From: Methanobacteriota archaeon
GTDB lineage: Archaea; Halobacteriota; Bog-38; Methanoflorentales; Methanoflorentaceae
DNA: 64,000 nucleotides
Direction: 5' to 3'
Assembly: GCA_963719035.1 (NCBI GenBank)
Contig: CAVRAO010000006.1
Location: forward strand, 64,001 to 128,000
The notes under the pieces were generated by a model, which saw only the letters and a program-made list of their open reading frames with translations, was not told the origin of the DNA and did not search any database. A program made the translations under genes and the position numbers. Positions 1 through 10,419 of the stretch are shown one piece after another (the first letter of the stretch is position 1; each line of letters opens with the position of its first letter).

Positions 1-123
1 GCCGCAAATACCGAGCGCTTTATACCGCATCTTTCGTACCCGAACGTCTCGTGGCAACCGAAAGATCTCAAAATCAAGCTCGTAGAGGACTTTGATCGGT
101 CAAGCGCCAGCTACTTTGCGTAG
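1..123 (+). CDS. 3' end of a CDS entering from the left edge (partial, unknown)
   Basis: Frame 1 is open from base 1 (AANTERFIPHLSYPNVSWQPKDLKIKLVEDFDRSSASYFA) to TAG at 121-123, followed by T-runs and convergent with the MFS gene. Confidence 0.45.
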   Translation, partial: AANTERFIPHLSYPNVSWQPKDLKIKLVEDFDRSSASYFA

Positions 124-178
124 CTGCTTTCCCATCGGGCGTGTGCTTTTTTATCAAGAAGCTTACTTTTTTGAAGCG

Positions 179-1585
179 TTAACGTACCTTGCCGCGGGCA
201 AGCGAGGCGAAGATGCCGACGAAGCAGAGCACGGCAAAGAGCGAAAAGGCGAGTTGATTGCTCTGCATGAAGAGTTCGGATGACTCAGGAGCAATTACCG
301 CCTGCCCGATGATGAGCGCAAAAATGAGCTGGACTATCGCCAAGCTCAACACTTGCCCGATTGTCCGCATAGTCCCGATCGTTCCCGACGCAAGCCCATA
401 GAAGCGTCTTTCCACGGAGCTCATAACGGCATTCGTGTTAGGCGACGAGAATAACCCAAAGCCAAAGCCTAAGATCATCAGGCTCGCCACGACGAATGGG
501 ATAGGCGTTTCCGGCGTCAAAAAAATGAAGGGAATAAGCCCAACGGTCGTCATGCCCATGCCAATGGAGGCAACTATCTGCGGTTCGATCCTGTCAGAGA
601 GCCTTCCAGCGAGCGGCGACACGGCTGCCTGCACGATGGGCTGTGCGACCAGGATCGTGCCAGCAATCTGCGGACTGAATCCCCGCACACTCTGCAGGTA
701 GATGCTCAGCAGCAGGGTGACGGCAAAGGTGGCGCTGTAGTTGATGAGCGCCGCGACGTTAGAAAAGGCGAACGCCCGGTTTCTCACAAAAAGGCCGACG
801 TTAAAGACGGGAAAACGTGTCCGCAGCTCCCAGAAGACAAACGACACCGCGGCGGCGACCCCGAGGATGATAAGAATGAGGCCGCTGAGCGCCGGAATCT
901 GTGTCATACCGAACACGAGCGAGAAGAGGGCGATCCCGTATATCGCCGAGCCGATGAGGTCGAACGGCTCGCCCTTTGCCTCAGCCCAATCCACTGTTAG
1001 CTTTCGAGCGCTCACGAAAGCAATGAAAATCCCGAGGGGGACGTTCACGTAGAAAATGCTGCGCCATCCGACGTATTGCGTCAGGAGGCCGCCGAGAAAT
1101 GGGCCGACCGAAAGACCGAGATAGACGGCCGCGACGCCAATGCCAAGGACTTTTCCCCGCTCACGGGGCGGATACGCCGACGTGAGGATGGCAAAACCCG
1201 TTACCGTTATCAAGGATGCCGAAAAGCCCTGGAGCGTACGAAAAGCGACGATCGACGTGCTGGAAAATGAGAGCGAAATGAGGAACGAGGAAAACGCAAA
1301 GAGTATCGCCCCGTATGTAAAGATGCGCTTCCTGCCGTAGATATCCGCGACCCGGCCAAACGGCACGAGAAATATCGCGAGCGTGAGGAGGTACACCGTC
1401 GCCACCCATGCAAGCGTGGAAGCGTCCATCGCAAACTCCGTTCCAATCGAGGGGAGCGCGAGATTTACAGCAGAGATGTCAAAGGGCGTCAAGAAAGCAG
1501 CAAGAGAGACAACGATCAGTATAAGCTTTCTGTCCGCGACCGCGACCGTTTGAGCATCTGTGTCAGGGGGCGCCAAGCCGTTCAC
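179..1585 (-). CDS. MFS transporter, DHA2/EmrB-QacA-like (14 TM)
   Basis: 468 aa hydrophobic; motif A GRVADIYGRKR, GPFLGG, WRSIFYVNVPLG, GRLSDRI; GTG start after GAGGA. Confidence 0.93.
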   Translation of the reverse strand: MNGLAPPDTDAQTVAVADRKLILIVVSLAAFLTPFDISAVNLALPSIGTEFAMDASTLAWVATVYLLTLAIFLVPFGRVADIYGRKRIFTYGAILFAFSSFLISLSFSSTSIVAFRTLQGFSASLITVTGFAILTSAYPPRERGKVLGIGVAAVYLGLSVGPFLGGLLTQYVGWRSIFYVNVPLGIFIAFVSARKLTVDWAEAKGEPFDLIGSAIYGIALFSLVFGMTQIPALSGLILIILGVAAAVSFVFWELRTRFPVFNVGLFVRNRAFAFSNVAALINYSATFAVTLLLSIYLQSVRGFSPQIAGTILVAQPIVQAAVSPLAGRLSDRIEPQIVASIGMGMTTVGLIPFIFLTPETPIPFVVASLMILGFGFGLFSSPNTNAVMSSVERRFYGLASGTIGTMRTIGQVLSLAIVQLIFALIIGQAVIAPESSELFMQSNQLAFSLFAVLCFVGIFASLARGKVR

Positions 1586-1895
1586 CTTTCCTCGTCACGA
1601 GACGACACGGTCAAGCGTTCCCTGTTCAAACGCAACAAAAAGCGTAGGCCGTGCACGTACGTCTGGTATGACCTCAAGTCCGATTGAGTAACGTAGCTCC
1701 TCACTTTTACCTTTTTGGAGTGCCGAGGACCAGCACAATGCGTAGTTTACAGCGATATTACAAAGCCGCCGCAACAACAACGTTAAACTGGCGATTCGAG
1801 TAAAAAAACTCGAGCTAAAAAAAGGGGATGGGAAAGGCAAAGCTTACGAATTGTCCGATTATTCGCTACAGCCGCTCGTCTGACCGCCTCCGCCG

Positions 1896-2126
1896 TCATA
1901 TTACGACGAAGTCAAAATCAGCGATCTTTTCGTGCACGTCAGCCAGCGCTTCGCAAAGGTCGTACCGCTGTCTTCGCAAAGTCCTGCTCGCTAGCAGGTG
2001 CCAGCCCCGCTTTGCGTGCAGCTCTCGTTGCACCGTTTCAAGCTCTTCGAGCAAACCATCGTATTCGGCGTACAGCGTTACGAGCAACGCTGTCGGCGTT
2101 ACCATCGTCCTTACGTCTGTAACCAT
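1896..2126 (-). CDS. small hypothetical helical protein
   Basis: 76 aa from ATG 2126 (MVTDVRT...), amphipathic coiled-coil-like composition; fills an intergenic gap. Confidence 0.5.
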   Translation of the reverse strand: MVTDVRTMVTPTALLVTLYAEYDGLLEELETVQRELHAKRGWHLLASRTLRRQRYDLCEALADVHEKIADFDFVVI

Positions 2127-2275
2127 GTTATCGCCTCGAGCTGTGATTCTCACGAGCTTATTTGTACGACTCTTAAGTTCTTCGACAGCCTTAAACCTGT
2201 GTTACGGTCTTTTGTCGCAATTTCTCAAACTGCTTCGCGCTAATCGTTTTACTTGAAAATACTGAACAGATTAAA

Positions 2276-2325
2276 AGAGAAGTAAAAAAGAGGAAAGAAT
2301 CCGGGTTATCCCCGGACTCTTTTTG
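2276..2325 (-). terminator. hairpin plus T-tract terminator downstream of the YyaL-like gene
   Basis: TCCGGG-ttatc-CCCGGA stem flanked by A-runs and T-runs (possibly bidirectional). Confidence 0.55.
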
Positions 2326-2408
2326 TTCAATTTTCTATTTTTTTGTCGAGCGCGGCAGAGCAACTCACTTACAATAAGGTGAAAGCTCGGATTATGGTCA
2401 GCCTGTTA

Positions 2409-4559
2409 TTATCGCGCTTCGCTGCTGCGCTTCTTTCGCACCTGTAAAGCGCGCAGCATTTCGCTTATATCAGTTGTCGGCGTCAAGCAGCTCGACTGCT
2501 GACAGACATATGCGGTGGGCTTTTCATCGATGCATTTCTGGTTCTGCGTAAACGGCGCAATGACGTCGATATCTGCGTTTAGTACATCCGCCTGCCGGAA
2601 TATGACGACGTTACTCGGCAAGTATGCCGTGCTCAGCGCTTTAAGCATCTCGCGAGTATCCGCAGAGAATACGTCACCACAGACAACGGTTTGATATGAT
2701 GGACCGAGCGCGAGGTCGACACCACTTAACAGCTGCGTATACGCCTCTGGTGTACGGTCAACGTCTCTTGCAAACGCCTTGCTAAGACGCGAAGCCGCAG
2801 TGAGATACGCCGCCCTCCCGGTAAGTAACCCCAAAAAAGTGAGGTTTAACATCATAACCGAATTGCCCGACGGAATTGCTCCATCGTACGCCCCTTTCCT
2901 GCGAAAAATAAGCGGCTCAGCGTAATCCGCTGTCCCGTAAAAACCCCCTCCCGCGTCATCGCGAAAGTGCCGCAGCGTGTGGTCCAGGAGTTCGAGCGCG
3001 AGCGACAGATACCGAGTCTCGAACGTCGTCTCGTAGAGTTCTGACAGACCCCATATAAGAAACGCATAATCGTCCAAAGAGGCGAAGACTGCTGCTTCAT
3101 TCTCGCGGTAGCGGTGAAGCAACCTCCCCGTGCGATCGAACATACGAGCGAGCACAAAGTCTGCAGCGCGCGCTGCCGCTGCCGCATACGCCGGCTCATC
3201 AAGGGCGCGTGCGCCTTTGGCGAGTGACGCGATCATGAGTCCATTCCAGTCCGTAAGAATCTTGTCGTCCCTTTGCGGGCGAACCCGCTTCTCCCGCTCC
3301 TTGCGAAGCGTCTCACATATGGCGCCCACGCGGTTTCTGAGTGCCTCTTCTGGCATTTTCAGTTCGGATGCGAGCACGGTCAGCGACATGCGCATATGCA
3401 GTATATTTTTGCCAATTCGCTTCCCCGTGCTTCCATCGCGAAAATTGCCGTCGGCATTAGTGTTGAACACTCGGCGAGCAAGCTCAGCATCCTCCTTTGC
3501 GAGTGCGCGTTCAATCTCGTCCTCACTCCAAAGGTAGAACTTGCCCTCCTCACCCTCGCTGTCGGCGTCTATTGCCGTATAGAACGCACCTTCAGACGAG
3601 GTCATCTCCCGAGCGACAAACGAAAAGACTTCGCGTGCGACGCGTGCGTACACGTCCTTCCCCGTAGCCTGATACGCCTCGACGTACGCGAGTCCGAGGA
3701 GTGCCTGGTCATACAGCATCTTCTCGAAATGGGGCACCAGCCACTCGGCGTCGGTAGAATAGCGGTGAAAGCCAAAACCTATGTGGTCATAAATACCGCC
3801 CAGCCGCATCGCTCGAAGCGTTCGTTCGACCATCTTCAGCGCTCTGCCATTGCCAGTACGGTTCCAGTACCGCAGGAGAAACGTCAGGTTGTGCGGCGTC
3901 GGAAACTTCGGCGCAGTCCGGAACCCGCCGTGCCGTTCGTCAAAGACGCTTGCGAGGTCTTCATACGCAATCTGAATCGCAGACACGGGAATTTCCGCCT
4001 TCGATGGTTCGAGCGACGACTCGCCGATTCTCGATATGATCTCGCCAGCAGATTTTTCGATTTCCGTCCTTTTCGTTAACCACGCATCCTTGATTCGCGG
4101 AATGAGTTCCCTCAATCCCGTTCGTCCAAACCGCGTCTCTTTTGGGATATACGTCGTCGCGAAGAACGGCTTCCCTTCTGGCGTCATGATTATAGTCAGA
4201 GGCCATCCGCCACCGCCGGTCATCGTCTGGCAGACGGTCATGTAAACGTCGTCTATATCAGGGCGCTCCTCCTTGTCGACCTTGACGTTGACAAACGCGT
4301 CGTTCATCAGCGCGGCGATCTCCGGGTCCTCGAACGACTCGTGGGCCATCACGTGGCACCAGTGGCACGTCGAATACCCTATCGAGAGAAAGATCGGTTT
4401 GTTCTCTTGTCGAGCGGTGTCGAACGCCTCACGCCCCCACGGATGCCAGTCGACCGGGTTGTACGCGTGTTGGAGCAGATAGGGACTTCTCTCGTGCGCG
4501 AGCCGGTTGCCTTGTGCGCCGTCTGCCCCGCGTTTGTGCTGCATAACGTTGTGCTTCAT
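2409..4559 (-). CDS. thioredoxin-domain protein, YyaL/SSP411 (DUF255) family
   Basis: [68 protein letters not shown]. Confidence 0.95.
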   Translation of the reverse strand: MKHNVMQHKRGADGAQGNRLAHERSPYLLQHAYNPVDWHPWGREAFDTARQENKPIFLSIGYSTCHWCHVMAHESFEDPEIAALMNDAFVNVKVDKEERPDIDDVYMTVCQTMTGGGGWPLTIIMTPEGKPFFATTYIPKETRFGRTGLRELIPRIKDAWLTKRTEIEKSAGEIISRIGESSLEPSKAEIPVSAIQIAYEDLASVFDERHGGFRTAPKFPTPHNLTFLLRYWNRTGNGRALKMVERTLRAMRLGGIYDHIGFGFHRYSTDAEWLVPHFEKMLYDQALLGLAYVEAYQATGKDVYARVAREVFSFVAREMTSSEGAFYTAIDADSEGEEGKFYLWSEDEIERALAKEDAELARRVFNTNADGNFRDGSTGKRIGKNILHMRMSLTVLASELKMPEEALRNRVGAICETLRKEREKRVRPQRDDKILTDWNGLMIASLAKGARALDEPAYAAAAARAADFVLARMFDRTGRLLHRYRENEAAVFASLDDYAFLIWGLSELYETTFETRYLSLALELLDHTLRHFRDDAGGGFYGTADYAEPLIFRRKGAYDGAIPSGNSVMMLNLTFLGLLTGRAAYLTAASRLSKAFARDVDRTPEAYTQLLSGVDLALGPSYQTVVCGDVFSADTREMLKALSTAYLPSNVVIFRQADVLNADIDVIAPFTQNQKCIDEKPTAYVCQQSSCLTPTTDISEMLRALQVRKKRSSEAR

Positions 4560-4698
4560 GCCTGCGATCTAACTAAGTAGCTTGCGCCTGCGCCTACTGC
4601 GTTCCGGCAATCGAAACGGCCTTACCGGAGAGCGCCCGCGCACAGCCGTGCCTAAGAAGTCGCAAAACCTTTTACTCAGAACGTTACAAGGGCGTACT

Positions 4699-5727
4699 AT
4701 GAGACGCATACTTATCATCTTCTTCGCGGTTCTTGCCGTCTGCGCGCTTTTTACCCCTATCGTCTCTGCGCACTCGCCCGCGTTCCCGGGCAACAACACG
4801 AGCCTCGACTCGGCCTACGTGGTCAACGATCCCACGAAGTCGTGGGCGCTGTACACGACGCTCCAGCCGGGACAGGTCCAGTACTATCGGTTCGATATCA
4901 CCCAGGGAGAGCGCATATTCGTGCAGCTGTACAAGAACACCGAAGCGTCAAACCTCGGTTTCGTGCCAAGCTTCGTGCTTATGGGCCCGGGATTGACGAG
5001 CAACGGAACCGTTCCCGCAAACGTCGCGGTCCCACCGGGGGCATCGAGCATCGTGATGCAGGGACAGCAGCCCGATAAGGCCACGTACGAGGGCTTTGGC
5101 CCTGGGAGCTTCTACGACCTCGGGAGCGTGGAGGTCAAGGCCCCCGCGACCGGAACCTTCTACGTTGCTGTGTACGATGCTGCCAACGGTGGTGCCTATG
5201 GCTTGGCCATTGGCGAACGGGAGACGTACACGCCGACCGAGTACGTGCTCATTCCGTACAGCGTGTTCCAAGTTCACCTGTGGGAGGGTCAGAACCCGCT
5301 CATCATGCTTGCCCCGATGATTCTGGTGGTGGCTGTCGGGCTCGGAATCCTCGTGATGAGGAGCGGCGGGCACGCCTCGCTGCGATCGCCCTTCACGTTG
5401 CTCGGCACGCTTGCGGGCCTCATCTTCATCGGAACGGGAGCGTATTCCCTCGCACAGATGCTCCTTGCCATCTCGCGTTCTTCTCTTGAATCGGAAGCGG
5501 TCATCACGCTCATATTCGTGCTCGTGCCCGTCATCCTCGGTATCCTCGCACTGCGTGTGGCCTTGCGACGGCGAGAGCAGACAGGCATCGGGCCGCGGGT
5601 TGCCATCGCCCTCTTGGGGCTCATCGCGATCTTCGCGTGGACCGGAATCTACGTCGGACCGGCACTCGCACTGCTTGCAAGTATCATGCCGGCATACAGC
5701 GGTGTACCCCCTCAAAAGCCCTCATAA
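4699..5727 (+). CDS. hypothetical membrane protein: signal peptide, extracellular beta domain, 4-5 C-terminal TM helices
   Basis: ATG 4699 MRRILIIFFAVLAVCALFTPIVSAH signal peptide; hydrophobic C-terminus. Confidence 0.75.
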   Translation: MRRILIIFFAVLAVCALFTPIVSAHSPAFPGNNTSLDSAYVVNDPTKSWALYTTLQPGQVQYYRFDITQGERIFVQLYKNTEASNLGFVPSFVLMGPGLTSNGTVPANVAVPPGASSIVMQGQQPDKATYEGFGPGSFYDLGSVEVKAPATGTFYVAVYDAANGGAYGLAIGERETYTPTEYVLIPYSVFQVHLWEGQNPLIMLAPMILVVAVGLGILVMRSGGHASLRSPFTLLGTLAGLIFIGTGAYSLAQMLLAISRSSLESEAVITLIFVLVPVILGILALRVALRRREQTGIGPRVAIALLGLIAIFAWTGIYVGPALALLASIMPAYSGVPPQKPS

Positions 5728-5729
5728 AG

Positions 5730-6254
5730 ATGGAAGCAGCAAAGATTCGAGAAATCGTCGTTCTGCACGGAAAGTGGCGATCGGGTCAACCTGAAGGAAA
5801 AAAGGCCGATTTGCGTGGCGCCGATCTGCGGGAGGCGGAATTGCGCTGGGTTGACCTGACCGACGCTGATCTAGGCGGCGCCGACCTTACAGCCGCCGAT
5901 TTAAGCTTTAGCATCTTGAGCGGCGCGAACCTGAACGACGCTCTTATGGACAAAGCGACGCTGTACGCCGCGAACCTGAGCCGTGCGAACCTTTCGCGCG
6001 TCAAGCTCACCTACGCCACAGTCGAAAGGGCACAGTTGAACGGCGCAAATCTCTCCGACGCTGACATCCACAGCTCGAATCTTAAGGGAACGCTGCTTGT
6101 TGACGCGAAGTTGCAACACGCTGATTTGAGCTTCACGCTCCTCAATGGAGCAGATCTGACGAATGCAGATCTGAGAGGAGCGAACTTACAAAACACCGAT
6201 TTGACCTATGCCGTACTGCGAGGAGCGCTGCTCGATGGCGCTCAGCTCGAATAA
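5730..6254 (+). CDS. pentapeptide repeat protein
   Basis: Repeated A(D/N)Lxx units (ADLRG ADLRE ADLGG ANLSR); ATG 5730 lies 2 nt after the upstream stop. Confidence 0.92.
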   Translation: MEAAKIREIVVLHGKWRSGQPEGKKADLRGADLREAELRWVDLTDADLGGADLTAADLSFSILSGANLNDALMDKATLYAANLSRANLSRVKLTYATVERAQLNGANLSDADIHSSNLKGTLLVDAKLQHADLSFTLLNGADLTNADLRGANLQNTDLTYAVLRGALLDGAQLE

Positions 6255-6454
6255 GCCGGACGTACGCGTGTTACCGACACAGCCAACGCTAAAAGAGACG
6301 TCAAACTGCGTCGCGCGCTGGACAAATCGTCAACTTTAAATGCGGGACTGACACGACAATCCAGGAGGACAAACATGTCCTCCTAAGGCCATGTTTCGCC
6401 TATCAAAAGTTTGGACTTGAATATTCGCGTGCGTTTAAGGGAGCGTGAAAAAGC

Positions 6455-7507
6455 ATGTCGACGGATATCGGAGAGGTGCTAGCGGGCGAGCGCCTACCCT
6501 CGTTGGTCCGCCTGCTTGTCATGGGGGCGAGTGCAATTATCATCCTCGCCGGTATAAAAGCTGCTGCTGGTATAGTCGCCCCAACGCTCTTCGCCATCTT
6601 TCTCGCTATCCTCTTAAGCCCGGTGCTCCACAATCTCGAACGAAGAGGGCTTTCTACAAACCGTGCTTTAGCGGTCCTCGCAATTGGCGCGACCGCTGTA
6701 GGAACAGGCATCATTGCTGTAATCTACTTCTCGATAAGCCGCGTCTTCAACCCGGCCTCTGCGACAAGCAACGCAAACATTGCGACGACGCAACCATTAC
6801 TTGCAGGCCTCGGGTTTAACGAAACTGTGCTGCAAGCTGCAACGATATTAAACGATAAGTTCGCGCTTCAGGCCGCGACAGCTATCCTACAAGCGGTCGG
6901 CGGTATCATCGTCCAGCTGATTTTAGTGGTAACGCTATTTGTCTTCTTTTTGCTCGCATTGCCACGGATCCGCACGAGCGAGATCACAGAGTATGTAGAG
7001 ACGCACCCGATCTCAGGACCCCTGCTCGCTATTCGAAAGGACGTATTCGATTTTGTGGTCATTCGCACTAAGGTTAATTTTGTCACCGCTATTCCTGCTA
7101 CAGTGATCCTTTTCATAATGGGCATAGACTTCGCGGTCCTGTGGGGTGTTTTGTTATTCTTTTTCAGCTTTATTCCGTACATTGGCTTTGCCTTGGCGAC
7201 GATTCCACCCGCAATATTGGGCTGGCTCGAATATGGGCCAATTGGAGCGATTGCCGTTGTGGCGGTGTTTCTCGTGATCAACTTTGTCGCTGAGTACGTG
7301 CTCTTTCCCCGATACACTGGCAAAAGGCTCAACATTCCTCCGTACGTCGTTCTGCTCTCTGTGGTCTTCTGGGGCTGGCTCCTCGGTGCGCTCGGGACGC
7401 TCATCGCAGTGCCCATCACTTTGTTGATGCGGGTCTTACTCAGCAACTTCACAGAGGCGCACTGGCTCGTCAACCTTCTTGGCAGCGAGGATGGAAGCAG
7501 TCGTTGA
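6455..7507 (+). CDS. AI-2E family transporter (PerM/YhhT-like)
   Basis: FSFIPYIG, FWGWLLGALGTLIAVPIT, multiple TM helices. Confidence 0.9.
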   Translation: MSTDIGEVLAGERLPSLVRLLVMGASAIIILAGIKAAAGIVAPTLFAIFLAILLSPVLHNLERRGLSTNRALAVLAIGATAVGTGIIAVIYFSISRVFNPASATSNANIATTQPLLAGLGFNETVLQAATILNDKFALQAATAILQAVGGIIVQLILVVTLFVFFLLALPRIRTSEITEYVETHPISGPLLAIRKDVFDFVVIRTKVNFVTAIPATVILFIMGIDFAVLWGVLLFFFSFIPYIGFALATIPPAILGWLEYGPIGAIAVVAVFLVINFVAEYVLFPRYTGKRLNIPPYVVLLSVVFWGWLLGALGTLIAVPITLLMRVLLSNFTEAHWLVNLLGSEDGSSR

Positions 7508-7672
7508 GGGACGAAAAATACCCGTTAGCCTCAGTCCACGGGCCCGCCCTTTCAGTAAAAATCGACTGACGTACGAACGAAAAAACAAATCATTCGATTG
7601 AGTTCGCTTTGACGAACTGAAATGACGGGACGGCACGCCCCACAATGACGCTCGCTCCTGCTAGTGAGAGAG

Positions 7673-7894
7673 TTAACGCCTAAGGTCGAGCAACGTGCTT
7701 GCACCATACACGACCCCGGCTGCGATTACAAAAACGCCGATGTAGGCAACAAGTGCTTGGCCTGGCGTATTTGCGTTTAACGTGTTATTAGCCACGTAAA
7801 TGAGGAGCGCGCCAACTATCACAGCTGTTGCAGCTCCAAGAAGCCCGGCACGGCCTTCTCGCACGCGATCGCGCCAACCTGTTGCTCTCTCCAT
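7673..7894 (-). CDS. small 2-TM membrane protein
   Basis: ATG 7894 after GGAGA; two hydrophobic helices (GLLGAATAVIVGALLIYVA; ALVAYIGVFVIAAGVVYGA). Confidence 0.6.
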   Translation of the reverse strand: MERATGWRDRVREGRAGLLGAATAVIVGALLIYVANNTLNANTPGQALVAYIGVFVIAAGVVYGASTLLDLRR

Positions 7895-8112
7895 GTTGTG
7901 TCGTTCTCCTAAGATGTTAGCTCTTTTCACAAAAAATGTGCGTATTAAACCAAACTTGTGGACCACGCGTTTCACTGTTAGCAGCAACAGAATAACCTGA
8001 AAATGAGCTGTGCGTTTCTGGAATGCTCTCAGTTTGCGTTCAAGACGCACATTCAATCACAGAAAAGCACGTTCACGTTTTTGCCACACAAGGCCGTCCA
8101 ACAAGACTCGTT

Positions 8113-8313
8113 TTAGCAACATCCAGTCGAAGCGTCAAGTGGCGTTTTGTTTGTTTTACAACAAGGACAAAATTTCATCATCGCCTTCCTGAACCGAGGG
8201 ACACACAACACAACGTGCACTGCTATGGTAATGGCCAATAGGATAACGTGTACCAACGCGATGATGAGACCTAACATCAACAGAAGCTTTGACATTCGTA
8301 ATTTACCGAACAT
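8113..8313 (-). CDS. small membrane protein with Cys-rich C-terminus
   Basis: Perfect SD GAGGTGA 3 nt before ATG; long hydrophobic stretch, then FCPCCK...TGCC. Confidence 0.6.
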   Translation of the reverse strand: MFGKLRMSKLLLMLGLIIALVHVILLAITIAVHVVLCVPRFRKAMMKFCPCCKTNKTPLDASTGCC

Positions 8314-8485
8314 TTTTCACCTCGCGCGTGTCAATCGTTTACTTTAAGAAGGTACGCCTAAAGATAAACGTTTGCCCGGCTGCGTTTCGGCTTTAACTCG
8401 CTTTTTCTCTGTTTTTACGTTTAAAGTCTGCGCTTAATATCAAGCTAAATCTGAAAAGTGCGAGGGAAGGCAAAAATCAGCCCCC

Positions 8486-9430
8486 TTACTTCTTCCCCTC
8501 AAGAGAATCTTTCAAGTCTCGCACATCTGCTTGCATTATTTTAAGCTCGACAAGGTCAGCTTTAATTTCTTCCGTGCTTTCCTCCAGTGCGGAAAGCTTT
8601 TCTAAGCGCCCCTCAATCGCGTTTAGTTGAGCGATGACGTTTCCGATCGTCTCTCTGCTTCCTTTGGTAATTTCTGCCCGTTCTGCTCTAAACTTCTCGA
8701 GAAGGGCTGTCGTCGTCGTGGCAGTCACCAAGCTCATAAAGAGGATTGCCGTGAGCATCGTTATGACCCCGATAATCCTCCCAAACCCGGTGTAAGGCAC
8801 AATGTCCCCATAGCCGACACTTGTTACTGTAACGATGACATACCAGAGTGCATCGTCAATGGAGCCGACATTGGGATTCACGCCCGATTCAATTGAAAAG
8901 AAGATAGTTGCGCCAACGATGATTACCAAGAGATAGATGGCTAAGCCATAGATGAGCCTGGTTTTTTCAGCAAATGCCAGTACTTCTTTTTCGATTCGTC
9001 GTGAGAACCGAAGAAGGGCGAAGATTCGCCCAAGTCGTAAAATCTTGAAGACTATAGTAAGCGGCAGGGCGACGCCGAACGAAACAAGGGCAAAATAATC
9101 AAAAGGAATGATGGCGAAAATATCGGTCCACTGGTACGCGACGTAGCTCCATTTATTGTCCTGCTCGTTCACCCTCAGCAGGTATTCGACCAATAAGAAG
9201 AGGCACACGACCGCATCAAACGTCGCGATTTCCTGCACAGCACCTGGCTTTAAGGGAAAGGCTACCGTAAGGAACAAGAAAAAGGCATCAAAAATAATCA
9301 AGATAAAACACAGGACATCATAGAGATACCTGATCCTTGAGCGCAGGCGAAAAACCTCGTTGAGACGTCGGATTTGTGCTATTATATTAAAATACTCGAT
9401 TATATCCGGGACTTTCTCGATCGGTTTCAT
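8486..9430 (-). CDS. voltage-gated-type potassium channel (6 TM) with C-terminal coiled coil
   Basis: Pore signature TVTSVGYGD; S4-like KILRLGRIFALLRFSRR; heptad-rich tail. Confidence 0.92.
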   Translation of the reverse strand: MKPIEKVPDIIEYFNIIAQIRRLNEVFRLRSRIRYLYDVLCFILIIFDAFFLFLTVAFPLKPGAVQEIATFDAVVCLFLLVEYLLRVNEQDNKWSYVAYQWTDIFAIIPFDYFALVSFGVALPLTIVFKILRLGRIFALLRFSRRIEKEVLAFAEKTRLIYGLAIYLLVIIVGATIFFSIESGVNPNVGSIDDALWYVIVTVTSVGYGDIVPYTGFGRIIGVITMLTAILFMSLVTATTTTALLEKFRAERAEITKGSRETIGNVIAQLNAIEGRLEKLSALEESTEEIKADLVELKIMQADVRDLKDSLEGKK

Positions 9431-9642
9431 ATCGCTGGAAAGCTTGCTCGAATCGGTCAGTCACCCAAGCGCACCACAAGCCTAGATAAGATAAGACGAG
9501 ATAAGATAAAAGTTGCGCAATGACGCTTCGTTGTCCGTTTCGGATCTTGAACAAGATACACGCGGTTGATGAACGATACTCTCAAGCACGCGAAGAAGCA
9601 AGGCCAGCTGATCCCCACCGAATGTGCGACAAATAACACAAA

Positions 9643-9873
9643 TCACTCGATGTTCTCGACGTATTCAACTCCATTGAGCGTCAGCGATGCATATAGCGTC
9701 CCCTCATACGAAGCGATGAGCCCTTTTGCCTCCAAGTACTCGACGATCGTTTCGAGTGTCTCCCGGTCAAACCCATACTTCTCGCCGAGGTCGTACGAAT
9801 CGATAAGCGTCCCGAACCGACCATCTGCTATGGCGTACATTTCTCGTAAGAACTGTTCCTTGTTCTGCTTCAT
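9643..9873 (-). CDS. small winged-helix-like protein
   Basis: GGTGAG then ATG 9873; ETLETIVEYLEAKGLI...SLTLNGVEYVE wHTH pattern. Confidence 0.65.
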   Translation of the reverse strand: MKQNKEQFLREMYAIADGRFGTLIDSYDLGEKYGFDRETLETIVEYLEAKGLIASYEGTLYASLTLNGVEYVENIE

Positions 9874-10098
9874 CTCACCGGAAAAACTCATCACTACAAT
9901 ATTACAAACGGTAGGTAGAACCGCTGCGAAAGCGGGGCGAAAATGAACGATCTTGAGCGCCACTCATACACCCTCGCTCACGCACGCATCAACGATTTCC
10001 CGAGACGCGTGATGAAAAAGCTTGATTGAGCAGAAATTCGCGTGAGATACCCCCACCTGCGTATGTTTTTATGTGATAGCAACGAAACTGTAGCCGAC

Positions 10099-10371
10099 AT
10101 GACCGAGAGTTGGTCCACTGAGGATGCAGATAATGCAGTGCTCGCCATCAGCATCATCCTCAAGCGCGTCGGCGCCCTCCCTCACGTACTTTTGAACGCC
10201 TATACGCACGAGATCAAAATCGGAGAGCCCGTGGTGACCCGACGCTTCTACGAGCAACTGGCAGTCAACTGTCCACACGCGCTTGACCTTTTTACTATAA
10301 GCATAGCTGAGGCGCTCGAAACTGAGATAGACCGCCCCAAAGCCGCTCTGCGAAAGATACCTATTGACTAA
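10099..10371 (+). CDS. hypothetical protein
   Basis: About 90 aa ORF with normal composition, preceded by a TTTTTAT box; start uncertain. Confidence 0.5.
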   Translation: MTESWSTEDADNAVLAISIILKRVGALPHVLLNAYTHEIKIGEPVVTRRFYEQLAVNCPHALDLFTISIAEALETEIDRPKAALRKIPID

Positions 10372-10419
10372 CGTCGACTAACGTCGGCACAATGTCACGG
10401 AAAGCCGACCGTGCGCTTT

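Noticed and set aside
3273-4079. Long alternative ORFs (also 4948-5715, 40147-40839, 42045-42740, 55518-56306)
   Set aside because: Antisense shadows of well-supported genes with no recognisable motifs
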